The notes under the pieces were generated by a model. It was not told where the DNA came from, made no database searches, and saw only the letters and a list, made by a program, of their open reading frames with translations. This document shows, piece after piece, positions 10,456-19,938 of a DNA stretch of 64,000 nt. Origin of the DNA: an uncultured Candidatus Rokubacteria bacterium (GTDB taxonomy: Bacteria > Methylomirabilota > Methylomirabilia > Rokubacteriales > CSP1-6); the NCBI GenBank assembly GCA_963758635.1, contig CAVWWD010000006.1:128001-192000 (forward strand), written 5' to 3'. Both the position numbers and the translations under genes were made by a program. Position 1 is the first letter of the stretch. Each line of letters opens with the position of its first letter.

Positions 10456-10676
10456 CCCTCTCCCGGCCAGGGAGAGGGTTGGGGTGAGGGTGGGTAGCGC
10501 TACCTCACGGGGAGACGTTCCGCGTGTTTGCGCGACCGTCCCTCACCCTGCCCTCTCCCCAGAAGAGGTTGTGAAGAAATGCGTATTTCGACTTCGCCGT
10601 GCGGGCCAACACCGCGATCCCGCGTACACACGCGTGGCCGCCTCGCCATTTCTTCAGAGACTCAGAAGGGAGAGGG
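10456..10676. repeat. Inverted pair of REP-like hairpins (CCCTCTCCC-loop-GGGAGAGGG with CCCTCACCC tail); second copy interrupted by a MITE
   Basis: Copy 1 at 10456-10490, copy 2 at 10540-10676 in opposite orientation; between convergent genes. Confidence 0.8.
10565..10663. mobile_element. 99-bp MITE with 17-bp imperfect terminal inverted repeats and AGAA target-site duplication
   Basis: Left end GAGGTTGTGAAGAAATG vs reverse complement of right end GAGTCTCTGAAGAAATG (14/17); AGAA at 10561-10564 and 10664-10667. Confidence 0.8.
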
Positions 10677-10732
10677 AACGACAGTTCTGTCCGAAACTGG
10701 AACACCACACGCGCCGGCTCGCCGGCGCCCGG

Positions 10733-12235
10733 TCAGTCCGGCACGGATCGCGGCAGCAGGTAGCCGTTCTCCACGAGCCGCCGCACGACGGGGAGCCCGC
10801 CGGGCGCCACCTCGTCGAAGGGCATGCCCATGTTGCGGGCCATCTCCTCGAGCACGTCGCGGAGCTGGCGCTCGCCGCGGTGGGAGATGACGAGCGTCGC
10901 CACCGTGGGATCGGCCTGCATCGAGTAGTAGGCGGGATCGCGGGCGAGGTGGAGCAGCGTCGACACCGCGGCGAGGCCGGTCTCCTTCGGCACGTAGTGC
11001 TGCTCGAGCCGCAGGTCGGGCGACAGGCGGAAGCGCTCGTCCAGGAGCTGGCGGTCGTCGGCGATGGTCGCGAGGTAGTCCTCGAGCACGAAGCGCCGGA
11101 GGACGTGCTCGCCGCCCGGCGCGGCGAAGTTCTTCGGGACCTTCACGAACCGGATCCGGTTCGCGCGGCCGGAGGCCCGCCGCATCGAGATGAGCCCGTA
11201 GGTGATCTCCTCGATCCCCTCGGCCTCGTAGTAGCTCATCCACTGGTCGAACAGCGGCCCGAGCTGGTCGAGCTTGTCCGCCTCGGTCTGCTGGATCCAG
11301 TTCGTGGCGTAGCTGGGCGCGTCCTGGGTCTCCGCCCCCCACACGATCACGTCGCAGCCGGTGCCCTCGAACCAGGGGGCCATCACCTCCTCCCAGGGCT
11401 GCCCCGCGCGATGGGCCCAGTTGGCCATGAACTGGCAGTAGCCGCCTTCCTCGAGATAGGTCGCGGCCAGGCGCGCCAGGGCGCGGCAGAACTCGTCGCC
11501 GCGGACCCCGCTGTCCCGGAAGAGGTACCGCGTCCGCGGCGCGATGACGTAGGGCGGGTTGCTGATGATCATGTCGAAGCGGTGGCCGGCGACGGGCTCG
11601 AAGAGGTCGCCGGCCACGCACGCCACGTTGCCGGCCGCGTTGAGGCGCACGTTGAACTCGGCGAAGCCGACGGCACGGGGGTTCTTGTCCGTGGCGTGAA
11701 CCTGCTCGTACCGCGGGCTGGCCAGCAGCGCGAGCGCGCCCGATCCGGTGCCCAGGTCGAGGGCCCGGCGCCCCCTGGTGGGCACCATCGTCCGCCCGAT
11801 GATCTGCGAGCTCTTGCTGAACCCCATGACGAAGTCGTCGGCGCCCGCCTCGCGGATGCGGGCCGGCATGTCGGCCACGAAGAGCAGGCCCTCGTTCGGC
11901 AGCGCCTTCACGCGAGGCGCCACCCGATCGCCCTCGATCTCGACGAGGCTCGCCTCCGCCCAGCGCTCGAGCGCCATGGGCTCGACGGCCCGGCGGGCCG
12001 CGGCCACGTCGACGGGCTCGCCGAGGAAGAACAGGCGGATCAGCGTGTCGAGCGGCGTCGCCGCGCGCGTGCGTCGCAGGTGAAGCGGGATGTCGACGGG
12101 CCGGACCCACAGGATCTCCGTGACGCCGAGGGCCTTGCGGATGCCGTCCTCCGTATAGCTGGCGCGCGCGAACACCTCCCGCGCGCGGGGGAAGTCGCTG
12201 GCGTCGCGAAAATGCGGCGGGGCGGCGACAGCCAT
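10733..12235 (-). CDS. Class I SAM-dependent methyltransferase with NPPY motif (HemK/MTS-like) and N- and C-terminal extra domains
   Basis: ALDLGTGSG motif I, GDLFEP, ISNPPY motif IV. Confidence 0.85.
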   Translation of the reverse strand: MAVAAPPHFRDASDFPRAREVFARASYTEDGIRKALGVTEILWVRPVDIPLHLRRTRAATPLDTLIRLFFLGEPVDVAAARRAVEPMALERWAEASLVEIEGDRVAPRVKALPNEGLLFVADMPARIREAGADDFVMGFSKSSQIIGRTMVPTRGRRALDLGTGSGALALLASPRYEQVHATDKNPRAVGFAEFNVRLNAAGNVACVAGDLFEPVAGHRFDMIISNPPYVIAPRTRYLFRDSGVRGDEFCRALARLAATYLEEGGYCQFMANWAHRAGQPWEEVMAPWFEGTGCDVIVWGAETQDAPSYATNWIQQTEADKLDQLGPLFDQWMSYYEAEGIEEITYGLISMRRASGRANRIRFVKVPKNFAAPGGEHVLRRFVLEDYLATIADDRQLLDERFRLSPDLRLEQHYVPKETGLAAVSTLLHLARDPAYYSMQADPTVATLVISHRGERQLRDVLEEMARNMGMPFDEVAPGGLPVVRRLVENGYLLPRSVPD

Positions 12236-12239
12236 CGGC

Positions 12240-13022
12240 TCAGCGGGCGGCGCGGCTCGCCGCCTGCTCCTCGAGGCGGGCCCGGAGCGGATCGTGGAGC
12301 CGCGGGATCCCCTCGATGTCGATCAGCTCGATGAACGCGGGCACGCCGGAGAAGTTCGTGGCGGTCAGGATGACGTCGTCGGACGGCCGGAAGGAGGGGA
12401 CGCCGGCCACGACGGTGGTGAACGGAAGCTTCGGCAGGTCCGGCGCGGCCTCGGTCTGTACCTCGTAGCGCAGATCGCCGAGGAGCGGGACCAGGCCCGG
12501 CGTGTGGGTAAGCACGAGCTGGGTGACCAGCGTGTTGACCACGAACTGACGGACCTGCTCTGGGCTCCGCGCCCCCTTGCCGAGGACGGCCTGCCGGAAC
12601 TGCGACAGCGTGTAGCCGGACGAGAAGCCGATCACCCAGCGGACGGGCGACGTCATCGTGATGGTCCGGGTCTCGCGGCCGTCCGTCGCGTCGTGCGTGT
12701 ACTCCCACGGGTACAGCGCGACGCGGTTCCCCACGAGGGACAGCCAGTACGGGTCGAACTCCGCGGACAGGTCGAAGGGACGCGTGGCGAGCTGGCGGAA
12801 GCTCTGCTGGATCTGGCCGAGGGCGCGATCGGCGAGCGGCGCGTCCGTCTTCGCCGCGCCGCCCTTTCCGAAGAGACGCTCGGGCGACAGGATGGGCCGG
12901 AGGGTCTCCAGGTGGGCGGTGAGGCGCTCGCGCAGCATCGTCGAGATGGCCTCGGTCTTGCTCCGTAGCTCAGGCAGCCGTTCGAACGTCAGCGGCCTGG
13001 TCGGCGTCTCCGACCCGCTCAT
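12240..13022 (-). CDS. Hypothetical protein (260 aa), probably co-transcribed with the methyltransferase
   Basis: AAAGGAG RBS before ATG at 13022; globular-looking composition; 4-bp gap to the next gene. Confidence 0.8.
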   Translation of the reverse strand: MSGSETPTRPLTFERLPELRSKTEAISTMLRERLTAHLETLRPILSPERLFGKGGAAKTDAPLADRALGQIQQSFRQLATRPFDLSAEFDPYWLSLVGNRVALYPWEYTHDATDGRETRTITMTSPVRWVIGFSSGYTLSQFRQAVLGKGARSPEQVRQFVVNTLVTQLVLTHTPGLVPLLGDLRYEVQTEAAPDLPKLPFTTVVAGVPSFRPSDDVILTATNFSGVPAFIELIDIEGIPRLHDPLRARLEEQAASRAAR

Positions 13023-13290
13023 GGCTTCTCCTTTCGGCCCGGCCCGGCGTTTCGCCCGGCGTGCAGGCTCGGCGCCTCGACGGCGTGGACCCGCACGGTT
13101 CACGGCGGTGGAGCGATACTGCGCCGGTGACCTCCCCCGGTCAAGGAGCGCCGGAGTCGGACAGCTCCCGGGGACATGCCCAGGACGGGGCCCGCGGAGT
13201 ACAATTGGCCCCACGGCTGAAACGGGGCACATCGGGTGAAGCGGCCGCGCCCGACGCGGCGACGACAGCGTTTCCGGGAGGTAGGGCAGC

Positions 13291-15317
13291 ATGCTCGTGA
13301 TCCGCGTGGTCTCCTTCAAGGGGCAGCCCGTGCCCGGCAATCAGACCGCCCAGTTCGGCGAGGCGGGCGGGACCATCGGCCGCGGAAGGAGCAGCACGCT
13401 GGTCCTGCAGGACCCCGAGCTGTTCATCTCCCGCACCCACGCGACGATCTCCTACCAGGCCGGCGGCTTCATCATCACCGACAACGGGACCAAGAATCCG
13501 GTCGTCCTGAACGGCCAGCCGCTGGGCTTCGGGATCCAGGCACGGCTCGGCGACGGCAACCAGATCCAGGTCGGCGGCTACCTGCTCGAGACCAGGCTGA
13601 TCGCCGTCGCGCCGGCGCCGATGGCCGTGGCCGAGCAGGCGTGGCCTCCGCAGTCGAAGGACGATCCGCTGGCGATGTTCCCGGGCGGTTCTCGGGCAAA
13701 GGGCCCCGATCCGTTCGTCGATCTGGAGCCGGTGAAGGCGCCGCCCGCCGCGCCGCCGATTCCCCTGCCCGGGCAGGATCCGTTGGCGGGCATCAAGGGG
13801 CGTGAGCTGAGCATCGACGAGGTGCTGGGCCTGAACCCGTCCGGCATGCCTGGCGGCCCGGCCGGGATCCCTCCCTCCGGCATTCCGGCCGCTCCGCGAC
13901 AGGACCAGCGCCCCGCCTTTCCGTTCCCCCAGCAGGACCCCGGTCCGGGCGTGGTGGATCCCATCGACGTGATGCTCGGCATCGTGCGGCCGCCGCCCAA
14001 GCCCACCCTGCCCGACCACGGGCCCGAGGTCGGCACGGCGTACGTGCCTCCAGTGGCGAAGCACGACCCGGCGTTCGCGCCGTTCCAGGCGCCCCCGCCC
14101 GCCGCCCCGCCCGTGCGGCACCAGCCGGCCACGGCGGGACCATCCGCTCCGGCGCCGCCTTCGCGCGGGCCGCTCCCGACGGACGCGTTCGCCGTGCTGC
14201 AGCCCACGGCTCCCGCGGCGCCGCCGGGTCCGCTGCCGCCATCGGCCGCTCCGTTGCCGCCCGCGGCGCCCCCGCCGAGTCCGTCCCGCCGCGCCTCCGG
14301 TGCCGCCGAGGCCCGGCCAGGTCCCCGCCGCGGCCCCGAGCCCGTTCCAGCCGCCGGCGCCCGCGCCGTTTCCCGACGTGGCGCCTGCCCGCACGGCCGG
14401 CAGCGCCGAGCCCCTTCCCGCCGCCGCCCGCTCCCACGCCGCCGGCGCCGGTCATGACGCCGCCTGCCGCCACGGCTGAGCCAGCCGCGCCCCCGGCGCC
14501 TCCGCCGCCTCCCTTCCCGTCGGCGGCGCCTCCGAACGCGGGGCCCGTGATCTCCACGCCCGGCGCCGCCCCGCCGGCGTCGGCCGCGACCACGGTGGTG
14601 CCCTCGCGCCCTGGCCCGGGGACGAGCGGCGCCGCGGCGCCGCACTCGACCCTGGGCGGGAAGGACCCGACGGCCCGCTCGGCGGCCGCCGGCGCCTCAG
14701 GAGACGCCGCGCTCCTCCACGCGTTCCTGCACGGGGCGGGCATCTCCGACGCGCCGGTGATGAAGGCGCTGACCCCCGAGATCATGGACATGCTCGGCAA
14801 GCTGCTGCGCGAGGCGGTGCACGGCACGGTCGATCTCCTGCGCGCGCGGACGCTCATGAAAGGCGAGATGCGCGCGGACGTCACCATGATCATGCCCGTG
14901 GAGAACAACCCGCTGAAGTTCTCCCCCAACGTCGAGACCGCCCTGACGCACCTCTTCGCACCGCACGCGCCGGGCTTCCTGCCGCCCGTGCGGGCGATGA
15001 AGGAGGCCTACGACGACCTGCGCGCGCATCAGCTCGGGTTCCTCGCCGGCATGCGCGCGGCGCTCGACGACGTCCTCGCGCGCTTCACGCCCAAGGAGCT
15101 GGAGAAGCGCCTGTCCGATCCCTCCGTCCTGGACAGCGTCCTGCCGATGAACCGGAAGGCCAAGCAGTGGGACCTCTTCGTGGAGCGCTACGAGGAGGTG
15201 GCGGGCGAGGCGCGCGAGAATTTCAACGTCGCCTTCGGGAAAGCCTTCCTCAAGGCGTACGAGGCCCAGGTCAAGCAGCTTCGCTCCACCTCCCGCCACC
15301 GCCGCTCCGGCAGCTGA
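13291..15317 (+). CDS. tagH: T6SS-associated FHA domain protein TagH, frameshifted in the Pro-rich linker (~14280-14455)
   Basis: FHA motifs GTIGR and ISRTHA; C-terminal ENNPLKFSP, DLRAHQ, FGKAFLKAYE in the second ORF. Confidence 0.9.
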
Positions 15318-15431
15318 GAAGGGCCCATCTGCTTCGTTGGCGCCCTCGGCCGCACGCTCAACGTACAGAACGTACGCCTCGCGTGCGGCCAGCGGGCGCC
15401 GCCTCGCAGCTGGACCCTTCTCAGCTGCCGG
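15307..15431. repeat. 125-bp palindromic MITE-like element between convergent tagH and tagF
   Basis: CCGGCAGCTGAGAAGGG ... CCCTTCTCAGCTGCCGG termini; nested GGCCGCACGC/GCGTGCGGCC arms. Confidence 0.85.
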
Positions 15432-15433
15432 CT

Positions 15434-16162
15434 CTAGAGGTCGAGGTCGGCGGGGGGTGTCTCGAGCTCGAGGAGGCGGGGCGGCGCGGTCGCGGCGCCG
15501 GCGAGGAGCCAGCCGAACTCCTCGGCCGTGGGTAGCGCGACGCTCGTGAGCATGAGGGGGTCGCCGTCGACGCGGCCCCGCGTCCACCAGAGCGCCTTCC
15601 AGCCCGCCTGCGCGCTCCAGGCGCTCAGGCCCTCCGCCTGCGCCACCTGGGGGAACGCGTCCGTCGAGGGAAGCCGGCGCAGGAAGCCGCTCGCGCCGTC
15701 CTGATCCACGGGAGCGGGCGGCGAGAACCCGCAGTTCGCGAGGGCGCGGTCCAGGTCGTCGGGGCCGCGGTTCGGGTCCAGCACGCCGAGCGCGGCGTCC
15801 TCCATGTCGGCGAACCACTCCGCGCCGTCGAACACCGCGTGCGCGGGGCCGGCCTCGGAGGACAGCGTCGTCACCAGCGTCAGCGGGAACTGGCGTCCCA
15901 CGCGGTCCACGCTGGGCATCAGCACGCCGGCCCACCCGCTCGCTTCCACCACACCGGGCAGCAGCACGAAGCGCCAGATCGGCATCGTGAGGTAGCAGTC
16001 GAGCCAGGCCTCGCCCAGGTTGCCGCGGCAGACGTGGATGACCGACTGCAGCCACGCGTCCCAGGGCCGGATGAACTCGTCGGGCAGCCGCCGGCTCGCG
16101 AAGTCCCCGAGCCCCGGCAGCTTGCCGTACCAGCCCGGGATGTCCTGGCTCGACTCCGCCAT
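15434..16162 (-). CDS. tagF: T6SS-associated protein TagF
   Basis: PGWYGKLPGLGDFASRRL, WDAWLQ, GVLMPSVDRVGRQFPL. Confidence 0.95.
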   Translation of the reverse strand: MAESSQDIPGWYGKLPGLGDFASRRLPDEFIRPWDAWLQSVIHVCRGNLGEAWLDCYLTMPIWRFVLLPGVVEASGWAGVLMPSVDRVGRQFPLTLVTTLSSEAGPAHAVFDGAEWFADMEDAALGVLDPNRGPDDLDRALANCGFSPPAPVDQDGASGFLRRLPSTDAFPQVAQAEGLSAWSAQAGWKALWWTRGRVDGDPLMLTSVALPTAEEFGWLLAGAATAPPRLLELETPPADLDL

Positions 16163-19100
16163 CACAGCTGGGTCGGGCAGTGGAACTGGCTCAGCTCCGG
16201 CAGGCGGAACGGGTTCTTCACGCTCGACGCCACGATCTCGAACACGGCGCGCCGGCCGTCGTGGGTGAACGACGCGACGAACCGCTCGTACTGGCTGGTC
16301 TCCTCGATCTTCACCTCGTCGAACATGCGGAAGAGCGCCCACGGGCCGTCGAACGTCATGCTCGCTCGAGCCGGACTTCGACGGCGGCGACAGCGACACC
16401 CGCACCTGGCTGCGGCCGCTCGGCCCCGGGAACTGCACGCGCACCGCCACCTGCGGGCCGTGGGCGTAGCGGACCACCTTGCCGTCCACGTCGAGCGTGA
16501 ACTGGTGGATCGACGCGTCCATCTCCTTCGGCTTGAGCTCGAGCTGGATGCTCGGCGTGTTGCCGCCGCCGCGGAAGAAGACGTCGCGGATGACCTGGGC
16601 GCGCTGGAACTCGACGAGCGACGGCCGACTGCCCCATCTGCACGTCGCGGAACCGCCACGTGGCCTGGGTGGTGTCGACGTGGGGAGCGAGCTGCTTCTG
16701 GAAGAACTGGTCGAGGATGCCGTTGGGCGCGAAGAGCCGGCGCGAAGTCCTCGGGCGTCACGTCCCGTCCGCTCGTGCGGACGAACGGGTAGCGCCCGCC
16801 GATCGCTTTCACGCAGAAGTCGGCGATCTGCGCCCGCATCTCGCCGTCGATGCGCTCGCGGACCACCCGGATCTCCTGGGCCTTCTTCTCCCGGGCAAGC
16901 CTCGACTCCGCCAGTTCCCTGTCCTTGGCCGCCTTCTCGTCGGCGATGCGCTTGTCCAGCTCCGCGCGGGCGTCCGCCGCGGCCTTCTCCTGCAGCTGGC
17001 GGGCGTCCGCCGCGGCCTTCTCCTGCAGCTGGCGGGCATCCGTCGCGGCCTTTTCCTGCAGCTGGCGCGCCTCGTCCGCCTTCTGCGTCTGGAGCCGATC
17101 GCCATGGAAGCGCGCCCCGCCCTCCACGATCGATTGCATCATCGTGCGCATCGGCTCCGGGAGCCGAGCCGCCTCCGCGCGCAGCTTGTTCAAGCTCTCG
17201 ACCCCGGGCAGCTGCTGCCCGGCATCGGACGCCAGCTTGAAGGCGTAGAGGAACTGGTAGACCTCGGCCATCTGCTGGACCATCACGTCCACTGGCGCGG
17301 GCCCGCTCCCGCCCGCCCCGGCCAGTCGATGGATGTCCTCGAAGCTGTCGTCGACCAGGCTCTTGATCAGCATGGCGCCCCCGCCGCCCATGACGGCCTG
17401 GCGCGCCTTGCCGACGACCTGCTGGGCCTTGTCGGTGATCGTCCCCGCCAGTCCCGGGTCGCCCTCGGGCGGCACGGACAGCGTGACCTCGCGGTCGATG
17501 GCCTTGACGAACGGCTTGAGCGGGCCGTCAGGCGAGGACAGCGTCTGCGCAATGTCGATGGTCTTGCGGAGGTCGCGGTCGCGGATGATGCCGATGTCGT
17601 TGATGAACTCCCGCCAGATGGCCCGATAGTCCTCCAGGTAGTAGCGCCGCACACCCTCGGCCACGGCGGGGGCCGCCACCACGCCGGCCACCGATCCCTT
17701 CTCCGTCCCGAGGACCCACGCTTCCTCCTCGGCCATCTGCACCGCGACCACGTCCACGCGCTTGACGAAGTGCTTGTAGAAGCCGTCCTTCGTGTAGAGC
17801 GCGGGCACGCCCTTGGTCAGCGGCGCGCGCGAGTTGCGCTCGAACACGAGCATGGCCTTCGGCCCGACCTTGTCCACGATGACGAAGTCGCGGAGGTCGC
17901 CGGCGGGCTCGTGCTTGAGCCGCGCGTAGATGCGCTTGGGCAACGCGTCGCGCCCGATGACGGCGCGCACGTTGGCGAGGAGGGTGTCGTCCTTGGGCAC
18001 GGCGGGATCCACCCAGCCGCGCTCGTAGAGCATGTCGAAGTGCGTCTTGAGCGCCTGCTGCTGCTCGGGCCCGGCCCCGGGGAAGACCTGGTCGCGCCGC
18101 GCCTCGAACCAGCGCCACACCGTCTCCTTGTTGAAGCGCTTCGGCTCGTAGAGCATCGCGTAGGTCTTGAGCGCGTCGTACGCCTCGTCCGACCGGTCCG
18201 GCGGGTGGTCGCGGAGGTGCCGGGTGAGGTGGGCGACCATCGTCGGGAAGAACGCGTCCTGGAGCATGCGGCGGTACGCGACGCGGCTCGCTGCCTCGAC
18301 CTTCCCGCCCTGGAAGAGCCCGAAGCGATACGACCACGGCACGCGGCCGCCCTGGGTGGCCTCGGTCTCCGCGAGCGTGCGGACGCTGCCGAGCGCGGGC
18401 AGGAGCGCGGCGAGGTCGCTCCGCCCACCGCCCTGGACGGCGGCCACCTGCTTCTTCACCTCTTCGAGGTGGCTCGCCACCTCGGCCAGGTACGCCTGGT
18501 TGTTGCGATAGCTGATCCACCACGCCCCGAGCGTGACGACCAGCACCACCAGCGACGCCGCGATCACGCCGCGCTGGAGCCAGGCGCGCCGCCGCTCGAC
18601 GCGCGGGTCCAGGCCGGCGAGGCCGGCCTCGGGGAAGAGCACCTCGCGAAGCAGCCGGGTGAGGAAGTAGCTCCGGCCCGACGGCGCCAGCGCGGGCAGG
18701 AGCCGCCGCTCCAGCCCCAGGTCACGCGCGAGCGCGCCCATCACGCGGTCGATCGGGTTGCCTTCCTGCGTGCCGCTGGTGAAGTACACGCCGCGGAGGA
18801 GCGCGGCCGACTCGAACTGGTTCGGTGTGAACGTGGCCTCGACGAAGTCGACGAGACGCTCGCGCAGGAGGGCGAACTGCTGCGGGAAGCCGTACATGAG
18901 GCTGCGCCGTCCCTGCTCGCGCTCCTCCTCGAGCCCCTCGGGCATGCGGTCGTAGAGGCGGCGCTCGAGGGCCTCCAGGTAGCCGCCGAGCCGGGCGGGA
19001 TCGAGCGCGCCCCGGTCGGCGTAGGGCAGCGAGAAGCCCCACACCTGCGCGCGATCCTCCTTCCCCATGGTCGCGAACGTCTCGCTGAAGCCCGCCAGCA

Positions 19101-19938
19101 GGTCGGACTTGGTGACGAGCACGTAGATGGGGAAGCGCACGCCCAGGTTGTCGTAGAGCTCGCGGATGCGGGAGCGGATGGCCGCGGACTGCGCCTGGCG
19201 CTCCCCCGCGCCCTGCTGCAGCAGGTCGGCCACGCTGACCGTGACGAGCACGCCGTTGATGGGCCGCCGCGGCCGCGACTTCTTCAGGAGGTCGAGGAAG
19301 CCCTTCCAGGCCCCGGCGTCGACCTCCTTCTGGCTCTCCTGGGTCGTGTAGCGGCCGGCGGTGTCGAGGAACACCGCGTCGTCGGTGAACCACCAGTCGC
19401 AGTCGCGGGTGCCGCCGACGCCGCGCACCGCCTCCACGCCGAAGCGGTCGGCGAGGGGGAAGCGCAGGCCGGAGTTCACCAGGGCGGTGGTCTTGCCGGA
19501 CCCCGGCGCGCCGATGAACACGTACCAGGGCAGGTCGTAGAGGAACTGCTTGGAGCCCATCGCGCCGAGCCGCGTCCAGAGGGACGGGCGCTCGGTCCCG
19601 AAGCGGCGCTTGCGGAGGAGGGCGAGCGCCTCCTCGAACCGCTGCCGGAGCTGGGCCACCTCGCCGCGGGCCGGGTCCGGCTGCGCCTCCGGCTTGACGA
19701 GGCCGTCGGCCAGCGCGGCGTCGGCCTTCCGCTTCTGAAAGTAGGTCCAGCTCATCTTCACGGCGGGCGTCAGGAACAGGAGGGCGATCTGGATCCAGCG
19801 GATCGTCTCGGACTCGAACGGGTGGAAGTTGTTGATCGCGACGGTGGGCCCCACCCACCACACGAGGAGCGCGAGGGCGATGAGGAGGATGAGGATCAAC
19901 AGCCACCGCCGGAAGAGCAGCCCGAAGAGCCACCTCAT
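16162..19938 (-). CDS. tssM: T6SS membrane complex TssM/IcmF (compensating frameshifts ~16360-16745)
   Basis: LPWYVFIGAPGSGKTT, CDWWFTD, DTAGRY, RGVYFTSGTQEG, GPWALFRMFD. Confidence 0.95.
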   Translation of the reverse strand: MRWLFGLLFRRWLLILILLIALALLVWWVGPTVAINNFHPFESETIRWIQIALLFLTPAVKMSWTYFQKRKADAALADGLVKPEAQPDPARGEVAQLRQRFEEALALLRKRRFGTERPSLWTRLGAMGSKQFLYDLPWYVFIGAPGSGKTTALVNSGLRFPLADRFGVEAVRGVGGTRDCDWWFTDDAVFLDTAGRYTTQESQKEVDAGAWKGFLDLLKKSRPRRPINGVLVTVSVADLLQQGAGERQAQSAAIRSRIRELYDNLGVRFPIYVLVTKSDLLAGFSETFATMGKEDRAQVWGFSLPYADRGALDPARLGGYLEALERRLYDRMPEGLEEEREQGRRSLMYGFPQQFALLRERLVDFVEATFTPNQFESAALLRGVYFTSGTQEGNPIDRVMGALARDLGLERRLLPALAPSGRSYFLTRLLREVLFPEAGLAGLDPRVERRRAWLQRGVIAASLVVLVVTLGAWWISYRNNQAYLAEVASHLEEVKKQVAAVQGGGRSDLAALLPALGSVRTLAETEATQGGRVPWSYRFGLFQGGKVEAASRVAYRRMLQDAFFPTMVAHLTRHLRDHPPDRSDEAYDALKTYAMLYEPKRFNKETVWRWFEARRDQVFPGAGPEQQQALKTHFDMLYERGWVDPAVPKDDTLLANVRAVIGRDALPKRIYARLKHEPAGDLRDFVIVDKVGPKAMLVFERNSRAPLTKGVPALYTKDGFYKHFVKRVDVVAVQMAEEEAWVLGTEKGSVAGVVAAPAVAEGVRRYYLEDYRAIWREFINDIGIIRDRDLRKTIDIAQTLSSPDGPLKPFVKAIDREVTLSVPPEGDPGLAGTITDKAQQVVGKARQAVMGGGGAMLIKSLVDDSFEDIHRLAGAGGSGPAPVDVMVQQMAEVYQFLYAFKLASDAGQQLPGVESLNKLRAEAARLPEPMRTMMQSIVEGGARFHGDRLQTQKADEARQLQEKAATDARQLQEKAAADARQLQEKAAADARAELDKRIADEKAAKDRELAESRLAREKKAQEIRVVRERIDGEMRAQIADFCVKAIGGRYPFVRTSGRDVTPEDFAPALRAQRHPRPVLPEAARSPRRHHPGHVAVPRRADGAVGRRSSSSSAPRSSATSSSAAAATRRASSSSSSRRRWTRRSTSSRSTWTARWSATPTARRWRCACSSRGRAAAARCGCRCRRRRSPARASMTFDGPWALFRMFDEVKIEETSQYERFVASFTHDGRRAVFEIVASSVKNPFRLPELSQFHCPTQL
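16967..17065 (-). repeat. 33-bp tandem repeat x3 in tssM encoding DARQLQEKAAA
   Basis: Unit CGGGCGTCCGCCGCGGCCTTCTCCTGCAGCTGG at 16967, 17000 and 17033 (third slightly diverged). Confidence 0.9.

Noticed and set aside
7166..12334. Very long alternative-frame ORFs (e.g. 1722 aa here, also 16660-19995, 34451-37465, 44888-48034)
   Set aside because: Arg/Gly/Ala-rich shadow ORFs expected at this GC content, overlapping well-supported genes.
16360..16745. Aberrant low-complexity C-terminal segment of TssM
   Set aside because: The conserved TssM sequence continues in the other two frames and then returns. These are compensating single-base indels, consistent with sequencing error.
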